Shown here: piece by piece, positions 26,597 through 36,400 of the stretch
Numbering within the stretch: the stretch's first letter is position 1
Layout: each line of letters begins with the position of its first letter
Source: an archaeon
GTDB lineage: Archaea; B1Sed10-29; WALL01
Assembly: GCA_042584585.1 (NCBI GenBank)
Contig: JBHOSQ010000010.1
Coordinates: 1-39,456 of the forward strand
Length of the DNA stretch: 39,456 nucleotides
Direction of reading: 5' to 3'
The notes under the pieces: model-generated
Told to the model about the DNA's origin: nothing
Databases searched by the model: none
Seen by the model: only the letters and a program-made list of their open reading frames with translations
Translations under genes and position numbers: made by a program

Positions 26597-27346
26597 ATGG
26601 AGCTGGGTGAAGCGCAGGCCCTTGTCGATGACGCAGTGTCCGCGAGGAAGATGGCAATCATCGTCGGCGAGTGCAGCGTTAAGTACCACGGCCGCGCGGC
26701 GTCCAAATTGTCGTCCGGCGAGCGCATAGTCCTGATAAAGGGCGACGGCTCTTTCCTTGTGCACCAGAACAAGGGCTTGGCCGCAATCAACTACCAGCCC
26801 CCCAAAGGCACAATTACAACCGAGCTAGGCGACACCTTGATTGTCCGCGCGTCGCGCCAGAGCCCGCGCGAGCTCCTTGAGGCCTCGTTTTCCAAGGTAT
26901 TTTTCGCGCAGTCTTTTGCCCTCAGCGACGACTCGTCTCTCCGCGTCTTCGGCACCGAGAAAAACCTTTCGGACCTAATCATGCAGAAGCCCGACTTGGT
27001 GGAGGAGGGCCTCACGGTCGTCAACCAGGAGTCCCCGCTCTCGAAGGGAAAAATCGACATCTTTGCCCGCGACAAAAAAGGAAACTCTGTGGTCATCGAG
27101 GTCAAGCGCCGCACCGCTGGGCTGAAAGAAGTGACACAGCTCCAGCGTTACGTCGACGAGGTGGACAAGCGCCTTGACACTTCCACGCGCGGCATTTTGT
27201 GCGCGCCGAAAATAACTCCTGCCGCATTGCACATGCTCGAGGAAAAAAACTTGGAGTTCTGCACCCTTGACTTTGAGATTCACAACCCGTCCGCAAAAAT
27301 AAAGTCCATCAGAAAAAAACAAAAGGGGCTTGGTGATTATTTATGA
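26597..27346 (+). CDS. nucS: Mismatch-specific endonuclease NucS/EndoMS
   Basis: CSVKYHGRAASKL, IKGDGSFLVH, NYQP, GKIDI, VIEVKR, QLQRY and C-terminal PIP-like QKGLGDYL. Confidence 0.95.
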   Translation: MELGEAQALVDDAVSARKMAIIVGECSVKYHGRAASKLSSGERIVLIKGDGSFLVHQNKGLAAINYQPPKGTITTELGDTLIVRASRQSPRELLEASFSKVFFAQSFALSDDSSLRVFGTEKNLSDLIMQKPDLVEEGLTVVNQESPLSKGKIDIFARDKKGNSVVIEVKRRTAGLKEVTQLQRYVDEVDKRLDTSTRGILCAPKITPAALHMLEEKNLEFCTLDFEIHNPSAKIKSIRKKQKGLGDYL

Positions 27347-27867
27347 AAATAGCGGTCGGCTCGGAACGAAAGGCAAAGCAAGAGGGGGTCCGAAAGGCGT
27401 TCGCCCATTACTACGATGGCTTCGAAGTTGTTTCGGTGAAGTGCAGTTCCGGCGTTTCTGACCAGCCGATGACTGACGACGAGACTATGGAGGGCGCAAT
27501 CAACCGTGCCCGTGCCGCGCTGGAGCACGGTGACTTAGGCGTCGGGATTGAGTCCGGCATAAAGCCAGTGAAGCATTCAATCAACGGCTACTTGAACACT
27601 ACTTGGTGCGCCATCATAGACAAAGACGATTTCCTGTCCGTCGGCTCGTCGCCTGACTTTGAGTACCCCAAGAAAATAGTTGAAGAAGCCCTTGCCGGAA
27701 CAGAGGTCAGCGCTTCCGCCGCAGAGCTGTTTGGCGTGGACGAATTGTCCTTGAAAGAATCAGGGGTCGTCGGGGAGCTGACTCGGGGCGTGTGTCCCAG
27801 GTCTGACTACATCTATTTGGCTGTGTTGATGGCCATCGCTCCCAGGCTGCACCCGGAGCTATTCTAG
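27343..27867 (+). CDS. yjjX: Inosine/xanthosine triphosphatase (YjjX/DUF84)
   Basis: IAVGS, SGVSDQP, GAINRA, GVGIESG and GVVGELT. Confidence 0.9.
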   Translation: MKIAVGSERKAKQEGVRKAFAHYYDGFEVVSVKCSSGVSDQPMTDDETMEGAINRARAALEHGDLGVGIESGIKPVKHSINGYLNTTWCAIIDKDDFLSVGSSPDFEYPKKIVEEALAGTEVSASAAELFGVDELSLKESGVVGELTRGVCPRSDYIYLAVLMAIAPRLHPELF

Positions 27868-28067
27868 GTCCTAGCAGCGAGTTTTATGTCGTCTGCTGTG
27901 ACGGTCTTGCGCCCTGCGTGCTTGGCGAGCTGGACGGCCTGCGATGCCAGGTCCATGGCAACGTCTTCAATCACTTCAATAAGCGCGTCACACGCGCTTG
28001 CGCTGACCCTGGGGGCTCCAGCGTTCCTAATAAGCCTTTCAACGGCTGCTCTTGGCAATTCACTCAT
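27864..28067 (-). CDS. Archaeal histone (HMf family)
   Basis: MSELPRAAVERLIRNAGAPRVS...AKHAGRKTVTADDIKLA; SD GGAGTGA. Confidence 0.97.
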   Translation of the reverse strand: MSELPRAAVERLIRNAGAPRVSASACDALIEVIEDVAMDLASQAVQLAKHAGRKTVTADDIKLAART

Positions 28068-28153
28068 GATTATCACTCCTTTCGGCGCTAACTAGCGTCA
28101 ACGCCTGTATTCCTTAACCTAACCAGAAATAAATACTTTTCCCCCGAATTAAC

Positions 28154-28173
28154 GCAAAAATACTGCTTTTTGC
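28154..28173 (-). terminator. Putative terminator hairpin/T-tract after the 28186-28716 gene
   Basis: GCAAAAA-tactgc-TTTTTGC inverted repeat lying between that gene's stop and the histone promoter. Confidence 0.4.
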
Positions 28174-28185
28174 AGGAATTAAGGC

Positions 28186-28716
28186 TTATTTCACAAGGTT
28201 CAGGATTGGGCCCACACTGAACAGGACATTCAGGACAACCCAAATCAACGCGATTTTTATCTTGTAGTGGAAGAAGTTCAGTGCCGAGTACGCGGCCACT
28301 ACCAGGCCTCCAACCCCGAGGAACAAACTGAACCACAATAAGTGCAATGTCGCGTTTGTCGCAAACCCAGCTGCGATACATAACAGCCCGATAGTGCCAA
28401 TCCACCCGAACTTGTCTTCTTTGTAATAGCCTGTTTTGAAAAGATAAGCAACCCCGAGCAGCCCCGCCCCAACGAGGGTAACGTATCTAAGCACTCCCGG
28501 CACCACTGGAAAAAACGCCAGCACCGCGCCCACGGTCGCGACGGACTGCAGCGCAGTAAACATCTTCTGCTTGTTGGCGTACGCCGTCACTCCCAACGCC
28601 GGCGCACCAATAACAAAAAGCACTTTCTGGATAACGGACCCGCCTTCCGAAACAGTCCCCGCGACAAGAAGCACCATCGCGATTATTCCAACAACCAAGG
28701 GCCAGTCCAGCTTCAT
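28186..28716 (-). CDS. Hypothetical polytopic membrane protein (about 6-7 TM)
   Basis: 176 aa, almost entirely hydrophobic; 32 nt downstream of glmS. Confidence 0.8.
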   Translation of the reverse strand: MKLDWPLVVGIIAMVLLVAGTVSEGGSVIQKVLFVIGAPALGVTAYANKQKMFTALQSVATVGAVLAFFPVVPGVLRYVTLVGAGLLGVAYLFKTGYYKEDKFGWIGTIGLLCIAAGFATNATLHLLWFSLFLGVGGLVVAAYSALNFFHYKIKIALIWVVLNVLFSVGPILNLVK

Positions 28717-28748
28717 GACTAGCCCTAAGAGAAACAGATTTATAAAAA

Positions 28749-30506
28749 CTACTTCACCGTAACCGACTTGGCCAAGTTCCTGGGCTTATCCGGGTCGCAG
28801 CCCCTCAACAGCGCCAGGTAATACGCCATCACCTGCACCGGGATGATATTCAAAATAACATTCGTCTCCCCGTGCGTGGGGATCGGCAGGTGGAAGTCAA
28901 ACACTTCGTTCGCTTCCGGCGACAACCCAATAATGAATCCACCCCGCGACTTTATTTCCATCGCGTTGCTGATTGTCTCGGCAAAAGTTTCGTCGTGTGG
29001 CGCAATCACAATGCACGGAGTGTCCTTTTCGATCAATGCAATACTTCCGTGCTTCAATTCCCCACCCGCAAACCCTTCCGCGTGGATATAAGAAACTTCT
29101 TTTATTTTCAGCGCCGCTTCCAGTGCCGTCGGATAATTAGTCCCCCGCCCAATAATATACAAATCTTCTTTTTCCTTGAGCTTCGAGGCCAATTCCACCA
29201 ACCGGATTCGCGTCTCGGCCGAAGTAATCACGCGCGCCTCTTCCGCCGTCTTCCCGAGCAAATCCCGCGCCTCGCCCAGCTTTCCCGCACAGGCATACGC
29301 AAGCATCGTCAGCAACGAAACCTGTGAAGTATAAGTCTTCGTGCTAAGCACACAGATCTCGGGCCCCGCGTTCATCATGAGCGACCAGTCGGCTATCCGC
29401 ATCAGCGACGACCCCATCACGTTCACAATCGCCAATACTTTTGTCCCTTTTTTCTTCGCGACCTTCACTGCCTGCATAACATCTGCGGTCTCCCCGCTCT
29501 GGCTAATCGGAATCATCAAGGTCCGTTCAGTCAAGAAATCCTCGTAATAAGGGAACTCGCTCGCGAGCACGACGTTGATGTGCTTTTTTGTTATCTTCGA
29601 AAAGATGTATGACGCGGTCAATGCCGCGTGGTACGAGGACCCGCACGCCACAAAGAAAACTCCGAACGCGTCGTTGATTTTGTTTGCGACGCCCATGATT
29701 TCCTCGTCGCTGTGCGCCAGCACTTTTTTGATGGTCTCGCTCTGTTCGCTTATTTCCTTCATCATGTAGTGCTCGAACTCGCCTTTGCTGGCCTGTTCCG
29801 GGTCCCAGTCGATTTCCTTTTCCGCCCTCTCGACTTCTTTCCCGGTCGTGACGTCGTAGAGCTTCACGCCGCTGTTCAGCACAGCCATTTCCTCGTCCCC
29901 TAGAAAAACAACGCGGCGTGTCCGGTCGATGAACGCGGGCACGTCGCTGGCGAGGAAATACTCCCCGTCGCCGATGCCGACGACGAGCGGAGAGTCTTTC
30001 CTCGCGCCTATAACTTCGTTTTCGTCTGCCTTTATCGCCACAATGGCATACGAACCCTTCAGGTGCTCAATTGCCTTGAGGACGGATTCCCTGAAGGAGT
30101 GTGCTTTTGCGTATTCTTCTATGAGGTGAGCAATAACTTCTGTGTCCGTATCCGAGCTAAACGTGTGCCCCTTTGACATGAGGTACTCCCGCAGCTCCTG
30201 GTAGTTCTCAATAATCCCGTTGTGCACGACAGCGATTTTTCCATCACAAGAAAGGTGCGGGTGCGCGTTGCGCTCACTAACTCCGCCGTGCGTCGCCCAT
30301 CGCGAGTGGCCGATTGCAGTATGTGTCTCCGGCAGCTCACCGTCAAACGCCCCTAATTTTTCGGCGCGCTTAAGCGTGAAGAGCCCAGCCCCCTTCTTGG
30401 CCGCGATTCCCCACGAGTCATATCCCCTGTACTCCAGCCTCTTCAGGCCAGTAAGGATGATGTCGGACGCGTTGTTGGGGCCGGTGTAGCCGATGATTCC
30501 GCACAT
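28749..30506 (-). CDS. glmS: Glutamine--fructose-6-phosphate transaminase (isomerizing)
   Basis: Starts MCGIIG (catalytic Cys), with LEYRGYDS, GHSRWATHG, HNGIIEN, SQSGET and ending PRNLAKSVTVK. Confidence 0.98.
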   Translation of the reverse strand: MCGIIGYTGPNNASDIILTGLKRLEYRGYDSWGIAAKKGAGLFTLKRAEKLGAFDGELPETHTAIGHSRWATHGGVSERNAHPHLSCDGKIAVVHNGIIENYQELREYLMSKGHTFSSDTDTEVIAHLIEEYAKAHSFRESVLKAIEHLKGSYAIVAIKADENEVIGARKDSPLVVGIGDGEYFLASDVPAFIDRTRRVVFLGDEEMAVLNSGVKLYDVTTGKEVERAEKEIDWDPEQASKGEFEHYMMKEISEQSETIKKVLAHSDEEIMGVANKINDAFGVFFVACGSSYHAALTASYIFSKITKKHINVVLASEFPYYEDFLTERTLMIPISQSGETADVMQAVKVAKKKGTKVLAIVNVMGSSLMRIADWSLMMNAGPEICVLSTKTYTSQVSLLTMLAYACAGKLGEARDLLGKTAEEARVITSAETRIRLVELASKLKEKEDLYIIGRGTNYPTALEAALKIKEVSYIHAEGFAGGELKHGSIALIEKDTPCIVIAPHDETFAETISNAMEIKSRGGFIIGLSPEANEVFDFHLPIPTHGETNVILNIIPVQVMAYYLALLRGCDPDKPRNLAKSVTVK

Positions 30507-30646
30507 AGGCAACCATTTTGCCGTGTCGCATTTATAAATAACCATTAAAACCTCCATTTGAGCCAACCCTCTCTTTTCCACAAATAACCTAAAAAACGCC
30601 CTTTAAACCCAAATATTTATATTTAACCGTTATAATAAAGACTTTA

Positions 30647-31504
30647 ATGGTTCTGCTCAGTAAGAAGTCGGGTGGCATGCAGGCACGCCTTGTGTCCCAG
30701 CAGGAGCTGAAGCTTTTGCTCGAGCCGACGCGCTGGAAAATCCTTCGGCTTTTGGCGGAGGGCCCGGACTACGCGAGCTCGGTTGCCAGGCGGCTCGGCC
30801 TCAACGAGCAATTGGTTCACTACCACTTCAACCAATTGAAGAAGTCCGGCGTGATTTCTGTTGTCCGGACCGAGGAGCGCCGTGGCGCGCTCACGCGCTT
30901 TTTTGGTGTGAAGGACAATGCGTTTGCCGTGCTGCTGCGCGAGAAGTGGGCGGAGGCTCCGGTCCCGGATATCGTGAAGGGGTTTTACAAGAATGGCGAG
31001 TTCGACGCCAAAATCGTGGTCGGCTCGCCGGACCCGCACGGCCCGTTTCAGGCAAGGGCGCGCGACGGCTTTTACGCGGCTGATCTTGCGCTTTACTTGG
31101 GCTCGTTGTCCTCGTCCGCGAAGCCGTCCGTCCGCCTAGACACGGAAGTCCGTGACGACGAACTAAAGGGAAATGTAATCCTAGTCGGCGGCCCAATCGT
31201 TAACTTAATCACGGCCAGGATCAACGAGTCTTTGCCGGTCCACATTGTCAGCGGCGAGCGCCACAGCGTTTATTCTAAAAAAACCGGAAAGCACTATTAC
31301 GAGAATTCCGGCATGGTGCTTCGCACCGAGAACCCGTGGGGCAAGGGCGAGCTCTTGGTCGTCGCCGGGAAGAGCATTGCCGGCACCAAAGCGGCAATCC
31401 TCTCAATCGTCCAGTCGGCTGAACTACTTACTGGCATCAACGTGGTTAAGGGCGTTGACTTGGACGGCGACGGTGTTGTCGATTCCGCGGAAATCCTTGA
31501 GTAG
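30647..31504 (+). CDS. ArsR-type HTH transcriptional regulator with C-terminal alpha/beta domain
   Basis: LLEPTRWKILRLL...SSVARRLGLNEQLVHYHFNQLKKSG; C-domain VVGSPDPHGP, ILVGGPIVN, VVAG...GTKAA; ends DLDGDG. Confidence 0.85.
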   Translation: MVLLSKKSGGMQARLVSQQELKLLLEPTRWKILRLLAEGPDYASSVARRLGLNEQLVHYHFNQLKKSGVISVVRTEERRGALTRFFGVKDNAFAVLLREKWAEAPVPDIVKGFYKNGEFDAKIVVGSPDPHGPFQARARDGFYAADLALYLGSLSSSAKPSVRLDTEVRDDELKGNVILVGGPIVNLITARINESLPVHIVSGERHSVYSKKTGKHYYENSGMVLRTENPWGKGELLVVAGKSIAGTKAAILSIVQSAELLTGINVVKGVDLDGDGVVDSAEILE

Positions 31505-31729
31505 TTACTCTTTGCTCTTCAGCGTCCGCACCATCACGTCTTTGACGAGCTTCAGCACGAGCAGGACTATGAAGACGTACAGGGGGTACCAGAGTTTCGG
31601 GGTGCCCGCGTAGATAGAGCCGTACCATGCCCCAATAACGAAGACGGCGAGCACGATGCCGATGACTGTGGCGGCGATGTCTTCAATTGAGTCCATGATG
31701 TCGTTTACAATGCTTTTGACCAAGGCCAT
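31505..31729 (-). CDS. Small 2-TM membrane protein
   Basis: 74 aa with two hydrophobic helices; SD GGTGAG upstream. Confidence 0.7.
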   Translation of the reverse strand: MALVKSIVNDIMDSIEDIAATVIGIVLAVFVIGAWYGSIYAGTPKLWYPLYVFIVLLVLKLVKDVMVRTLKSKE

Positions 31730-31812
31730 TTTCTCACCATAGTATTATTGCATTAAGGGGTTTAAATCAGTTTCCAAAACCCTTATATACAAACCTAGCT
31801 TACTATTTGGTT

Positions 31813-32076
31813 ATGGACGGCATGGCCGCGAGTATCTTCGCCATAACAAGTGCTGGCTTGATGGGCTATTCGTTCGCGCTGCTGCTTGTGGTGAAGAAGA
31901 AGCAAGAGAGCAAGAAAGTGAAGACGATAGCCAGCACAATGCCCTTGTTCCCCTTGTTGTTCATGCTGTATTTCGCACTCGAGAGCTTCGCGGTCGCGAA
32001 GGAACTGTTGGGCATTACCGGGATGATGTTCTTGTTTTATGTTGGCTATGAAGAGTTGGGGAGGGTGAAGAAATGA
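31813..32076 (+). CDS. Small 3-TM membrane protein
   Basis: Three hydrophobic segments; TTATATA box about 23 nt upstream. Confidence 0.7.
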   Translation: MDGMAASIFAITSAGLMGYSFALLLVVKKKQESKKVKTIASTMPLFPLLFMLYFALESFAVAKELLGITGMMFLFYVGYEELGRVKK

Positions 32077-32369
32077 TTGACCTTCTCCTTGGCAGCAACC
32101 AGCTCCTTTTCCTGTTATTGTTGAGCTTCTCCCTCGCCATGACCGTGGTAATCCTCTTCCTCCACATCTCGTCGCTTGAGGGCAAGGAGTTCCTTGACTG
32201 GATAATTCTTGTGATTGTGTTCTTTGCCATAATCAAGCTGGCTAGTGTGTTCATGGTAATCAACGGCATGTACGGGACCGAAGACGTTATTGCCACCCTT
32301 GACCTGGGCTTTGCCACTGCCTTCACGGCTTTTGTCTTCCTCCGGTCGAGGGAAGTTGGTCTTGTATGA
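32073..32369 (+). CDS. Small 3-TM membrane protein
   Basis: Three hydrophobic segments; ATGA overlaps with both neighbours; SD GAGGGTGA. Confidence 0.7.
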   Translation: MIDLLLGSNQLLFLLLLSFSLAMTVVILFLHISSLEGKEFLDWIILVIVFFAIIKLASVFMVINGMYGTEDVIATLDLGFATAFTAFVFLRSREVGLV

Positions 32370-32860
32370 TTGTCGTAACTGGGGTTCCTGGCACCGGCAA
32401 GACCTCGGTCGCACGCATTCTCTCGAAGCGCCTCTCGCTCCCGCTAATCGAGGTTAACCAGCTGGTCAGGCAGAAAAAGCTCTTCACCGGCAAGGAAAAC
32501 AACTCCTTAATCGTGGACATGAAGCGCCTCGCCCTCGAGCTAAAGGGCTTCAATGGCATCGTGGAAGGCCACGTCCTATGCGAGCTAAAGCTCCCCGCAA
32601 CCGTTGTCGTCCTTCGGGCCTCTCCGCGCTCCCTGAAGCGCCGCCTCGCGCCGCGGTGCTATTCAAGGCAAAAGCTCCAGGACAACATTGAGTCGGAGGC
32701 CCTTGACTACTGTGCCATCCACGCGAGCAAGAACTACAAGAAAATAATCCAGGTGGACACGACCGGCCTTTCGCCCGCGCAAGCGGCAGCAAAAACACTC
32801 CGTTACCTGGAAACAAAAAAATCGGACTCCATTGACTGGAGCGAGTACTTCATGAAGTGA
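32366..32860 (+). CDS. Adenylate kinase family protein (AK6/Fap7-like)
   Basis: IVVTGVPGTGKT, IVEGH, VVVLRA...LKRRL...R-x-YS-x-x-KL-x-DN-x-ESE and VDTT. Confidence 0.9.
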   Translation: MIVVTGVPGTGKTSVARILSKRLSLPLIEVNQLVRQKKLFTGKENNSLIVDMKRLALELKGFNGIVEGHVLCELKLPATVVVLRASPRSLKRRLAPRCYSRQKLQDNIESEALDYCAIHASKNYKKIIQVDTTGLSPAQAAAKTLRYLETKKSDSIDWSEYFMK

Positions 32861-32861
32861 G

Positions 32862-33452
32862 TCACTTTTTCTTCCCCTTCTTTTTCCCTTTTTGCTCTTC
32901 TTCGTCAGGTATCTCTTCGTCGCCCAAATCGTATTCCGAAGCGTCCCAAAATGTGTCAGTGTTTTCTGGCTCTTTTTCCTGCTGTTGTTCAAGCTTATTG
33001 AGCAGTCCTTTGCCGAGCTCTTCCTTTGGCAGCTCAACCCCTTCTGGCTCGGGCCATTCTGTTTCTTCTTCTAGTGTTTCAGCCACTTCCGCAAGAACTT
33101 CTTTTGGCTCATTGGACAGGGCGTCTTCAGGCGAAGGCTCCCGCATTATACGTTTTCTTTTGGGTCGCTTGGAGATTTCCTCGAGCTGTTTCTCGGCCGC
33201 CTCAGTTATTCCCTTCTCGGCATCCAGACGTTCCGCAATTAGCCTGTCAAACTCTTCCGTTTCTTTTTTTATTTGTGTGGTGGTCTTCCGCTTTCTCTTC
33301 TGGACCGGAACGCCCTCGTACACCTTGTCTTCGAGGACTTTGGCCTCAAGCACTTCCTCCGTTTTCCCCCCGCGCTTTTTTTCTACTGGCGTCTCGAACA
33401 GGGCGCGGAATAGCGTATTGCCAATGCTTTTTTTCTCTTTTTTCCCGGCCAT
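32862..33452 (-). CDS. Hypothetical highly charged, probably disordered protein
   Basis: E/K-dominated ORF directly downstream of the 1225-aa gene. The start is placed at ATG 33452. Confidence 0.7.
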   Translation of the reverse strand: MAGKKEKKSIGNTLFRALFETPVEKKRGGKTEEVLEAKVLEDKVYEGVPVQKRKRKTTTQIKKETEEFDRLIAERLDAEKGITEAAEKQLEEISKRPKRKRIMREPSPEDALSNEPKEVLAEVAETLEEETEWPEPEGVELPKEELGKGLLNKLEQQQEKEPENTDTFWDASEYDLGDEEIPDEEEQKGKKKGKKK

Positions 33453-33485
33453 TACTTTACTTATGCCACCCACCAAATAAAAGCA

Positions 33486-36400
33486 TTACCGCGTCAGCCG
33501 AATCGCTCTCTGCACTGGGGTCTCCAGCTTCTTCTTTTTCCTGAGCTGCCAGACCACCGCAATAAGGCCAAGCGGCGCGAGGAACAACAGCGCACTCTCG
33601 GAAGTCACGAGCCCGGTCGCAGGGCTTTTCCCCTCGCTCTCAAGCGCGTGTGTCGCGTAAGCATAAGCCCTGTTCACGTAACCGTTTTCCAGGCTTTGTT
33701 TTGCCAGTTCCGAGTAATGCCCTTCCCCTTCCTCAAGCGCAAGCTCAACCCGTGCACTTGTGGCGCCTGTTGCCTTCCCAATCGTTTCCACAACAGACTT
33801 TTCAAGGTCGGCGTACTCTTTCTCCAGTTCGGCTGGATAAAGCCCGTCCTTGTCAAGTGCTTTTAGCCCAGTGAGCCCGCCCACTTTTTTGGTGCCTTTT
33901 TCACTGGCTTCGGCCAGCTCTCCGATTGTTCCCAACACTTCTTTCGCATAGCGCTCTCCAATCACAAAGCTGGGATCCTCAATTTCTACTTGCGTGTCCG
34001 TGGCTTGTTCCAGCCCACTAATGGGCTGCACTTCCACGAACTTTACTTCGCTAGCCAGCCGCTCCGCCTCGTCTTCCGCGTTTTGCATTAGCTGCAGCAG
34101 CCCAGCCTCGCCCATTGCAAACTCTTGGTACTCGTTGTGTGGCGTTGGAAACTGTTTTTCCACTGATGCAATGGCTGGTGACTTCAGCCCAAACTTTTCG
34201 AGCAGCCTTGCCGTGTTCTTCAGCTCGGCAACGCGTTCGCTGGCCTCGGCGTACCGCTTGCCAAGGTCTTTTAACGCAGCGGCTTTCGCTTTCTCGAGTT
34301 CGCTTATTGCGGTGGCGGTGTCGCTCGGCAGCCAAGGCAGGCTGAAGCCCCGCCCCAGCAGCCAATTTTCGAGTCCCGGTTTCTTAAGTTCCAGCCCGAG
34401 CTTCTCATGTTCTGCGATTTGCTCTTTCTTTTGCCTTGCCAGCTCAGCTTCGATGTCTCCCAGTAATTCCCCTCCGCGGCTGATTATTTCAGAAGGGCTT
34501 TTTCCTTTGAGGGATTCGTGCCTCTTCTCAAGAGAGTCTTTTTCCGAGCTGTCGCCCAGCTCTTCCAGCCAGTCTTCAATCTTCCGCATAACCTCTTCGC
34601 TGTCTTCCCTTAGGTCGATGTAGCCAATGTCCACTGTGGAGTAGCCGGGGCAGTCGGCACCGCTTATGATTATCCCGATGCTGCCGGCGTTTTGTGCTCG
34701 GCCGCTGCTGGCCGAAACACTGTCGCTTATTCCCAGGGGCCGCGGCAAAACGATGTTCACTTTTTGGCTTTGCCCGCAGCCAAGGGTCAAAACATACCTA
34801 CAGTTCACCTGGCTGCCGTAACTTTCACACGCCGGCCCAACGACCTTCATCGAGCTCTCGGCCTCGAACGCAAACTCCACGGTTTCGTTGCCCGGCCACT
34901 CGGCTTCAATTTCTATGCCCTCTGGAACCAATGCGCCCGGCGCTTCCACGGCAAGTGCTCCCTCAACCTGGAAGACAACAACCGCTTTTTCTAGGCCCAC
35001 GGCTTCAATTTGCCTTGACGCCACCCTCGTCTCCCTGTCGGGGTAAACCCACAAGACTTTTTCTTCGGTTGCCCCACACCATAGTGGAGTCTCGTCCGCA
35101 CTGCCGGTGTATGCCCTTTCTTCGTAAGGGCCGAGCGGCTCGACGTAAATTCCTTCCACATCAAACCCGTCTTCAATCGCAAACCCGTATGGGTTCTTCA
35201 CACTAACGCTGTAGTGCACTGGCACGACTTGGTTGCACCTTGCCACATCCGCGTACTCTTTATCAACAATTACGGACACCAGCTCTTCCGGGTCGAGCGC
35301 CTCCAACGCGGCTTCCCTGACGTCGCCGTACAGCTCTTTTGCCTCGCGGAGGTGGCCGAGGCTTTCAAGGTCTATTGCGCCGCGGTAAATCCCGTCCATC
35401 CGCACCATGCGCTCATCAAGCCCGCGGTAGCCGGCCGCTTCCACTTCCCGCATTTTTTTCATCAGCTGTTTCGCGTCCAGCCGCTCCCCGCCCAGCCCGC
35501 CAAACAGCAGCCCAGCTTTCGACCAGATGCTTTCCTGTGCGGCGATGGCAATGTCGTAGGCCCGATCGAGCATGCCGGATTCGCTGCCCAATACTCCCTT
35601 GGTTTTTGCGTACTCCCTCGCTTTTTCAAGTGCGAGCGTTTCTTCTTCGACGCTGAAGTCGCTTCCCGCTTTGCTTATCATTGTCTCGAGCCGCTGGATT
35701 TCCAGGAGGGCGAGCTCTGCTTTTCCCGAGCCAGTCGCGGAAATGAATTTCAGTTCGCGTATGCCGTCGAGGTATAGCCCAACGGCGTCACTTGCCTTAT
35801 CAGCCCCTTTGCATTTCGCAGCGGCTTCCTCAACTTTTGCTGCCGAGAACAAGCCGTTTTCCAGTGCCTGCCCACGTGCCTTTTCTGCTTCTTGTTCACA
35901 CGCGGCAGACAAGCCATCAAGCATTTCGTCTAGCAGTTCCCCACCGTGTTCTGCGAGGGATGCGGCGTGGCTGGCTTCTTCAGACGCTTGCCTTGTCCGT
36001 ATGGTGGAGAGCGCGAGCCAATTGTCTTGCTTGAGTGAGAGTAATCTGTCGGCCTCGCGCCCCAGCAGCCCAATAGCCACTTGGCTTTCTTTGGCTGACG
36101 CAAGCAGCTCGGCGGGAGTCTGCGCCATCTTCCCGACCACTGCTTCGACTGCACTGTAGTCGATCTTGCCGGCGCCTTCTTTCTCGAGCGTGCCAATCCC
36201 TTGCCTGAGCAGTCCCGTGTTTTCACCCAACTCTTTTTTCACTTGTGTGTGTTCGTTGTCCATGAGCAGAATAGCGTCGCGGAGCCGCTTGTTGGCCCCA
36301 AGCATTTCGCGTATCCCTGAGCCCCAGTCGCTGGCGCCAACCAACAAATTGTATGAGTGGTGGTATTGCGTGGCCAGAGCCGATGGTTTTATGTCGAGGC

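Noticed and set aside
24664-30581. Longer N-termini given by the ORF track (24664, 26420, 28076, 30581; also 22247, 19410, 10665)
   Set aside because: Downstream ATGs fit the family N-termini (for example MCG for GlmS, MSELP for histone), SD/TATA positions and non-overlap better.
30507-30646. glmS ribozyme/riboswitch
   Set aside because: The TATA box is only about 24 nt from the ATG, so there is no leader to hold one, and the region is AT-rich and unstructured.
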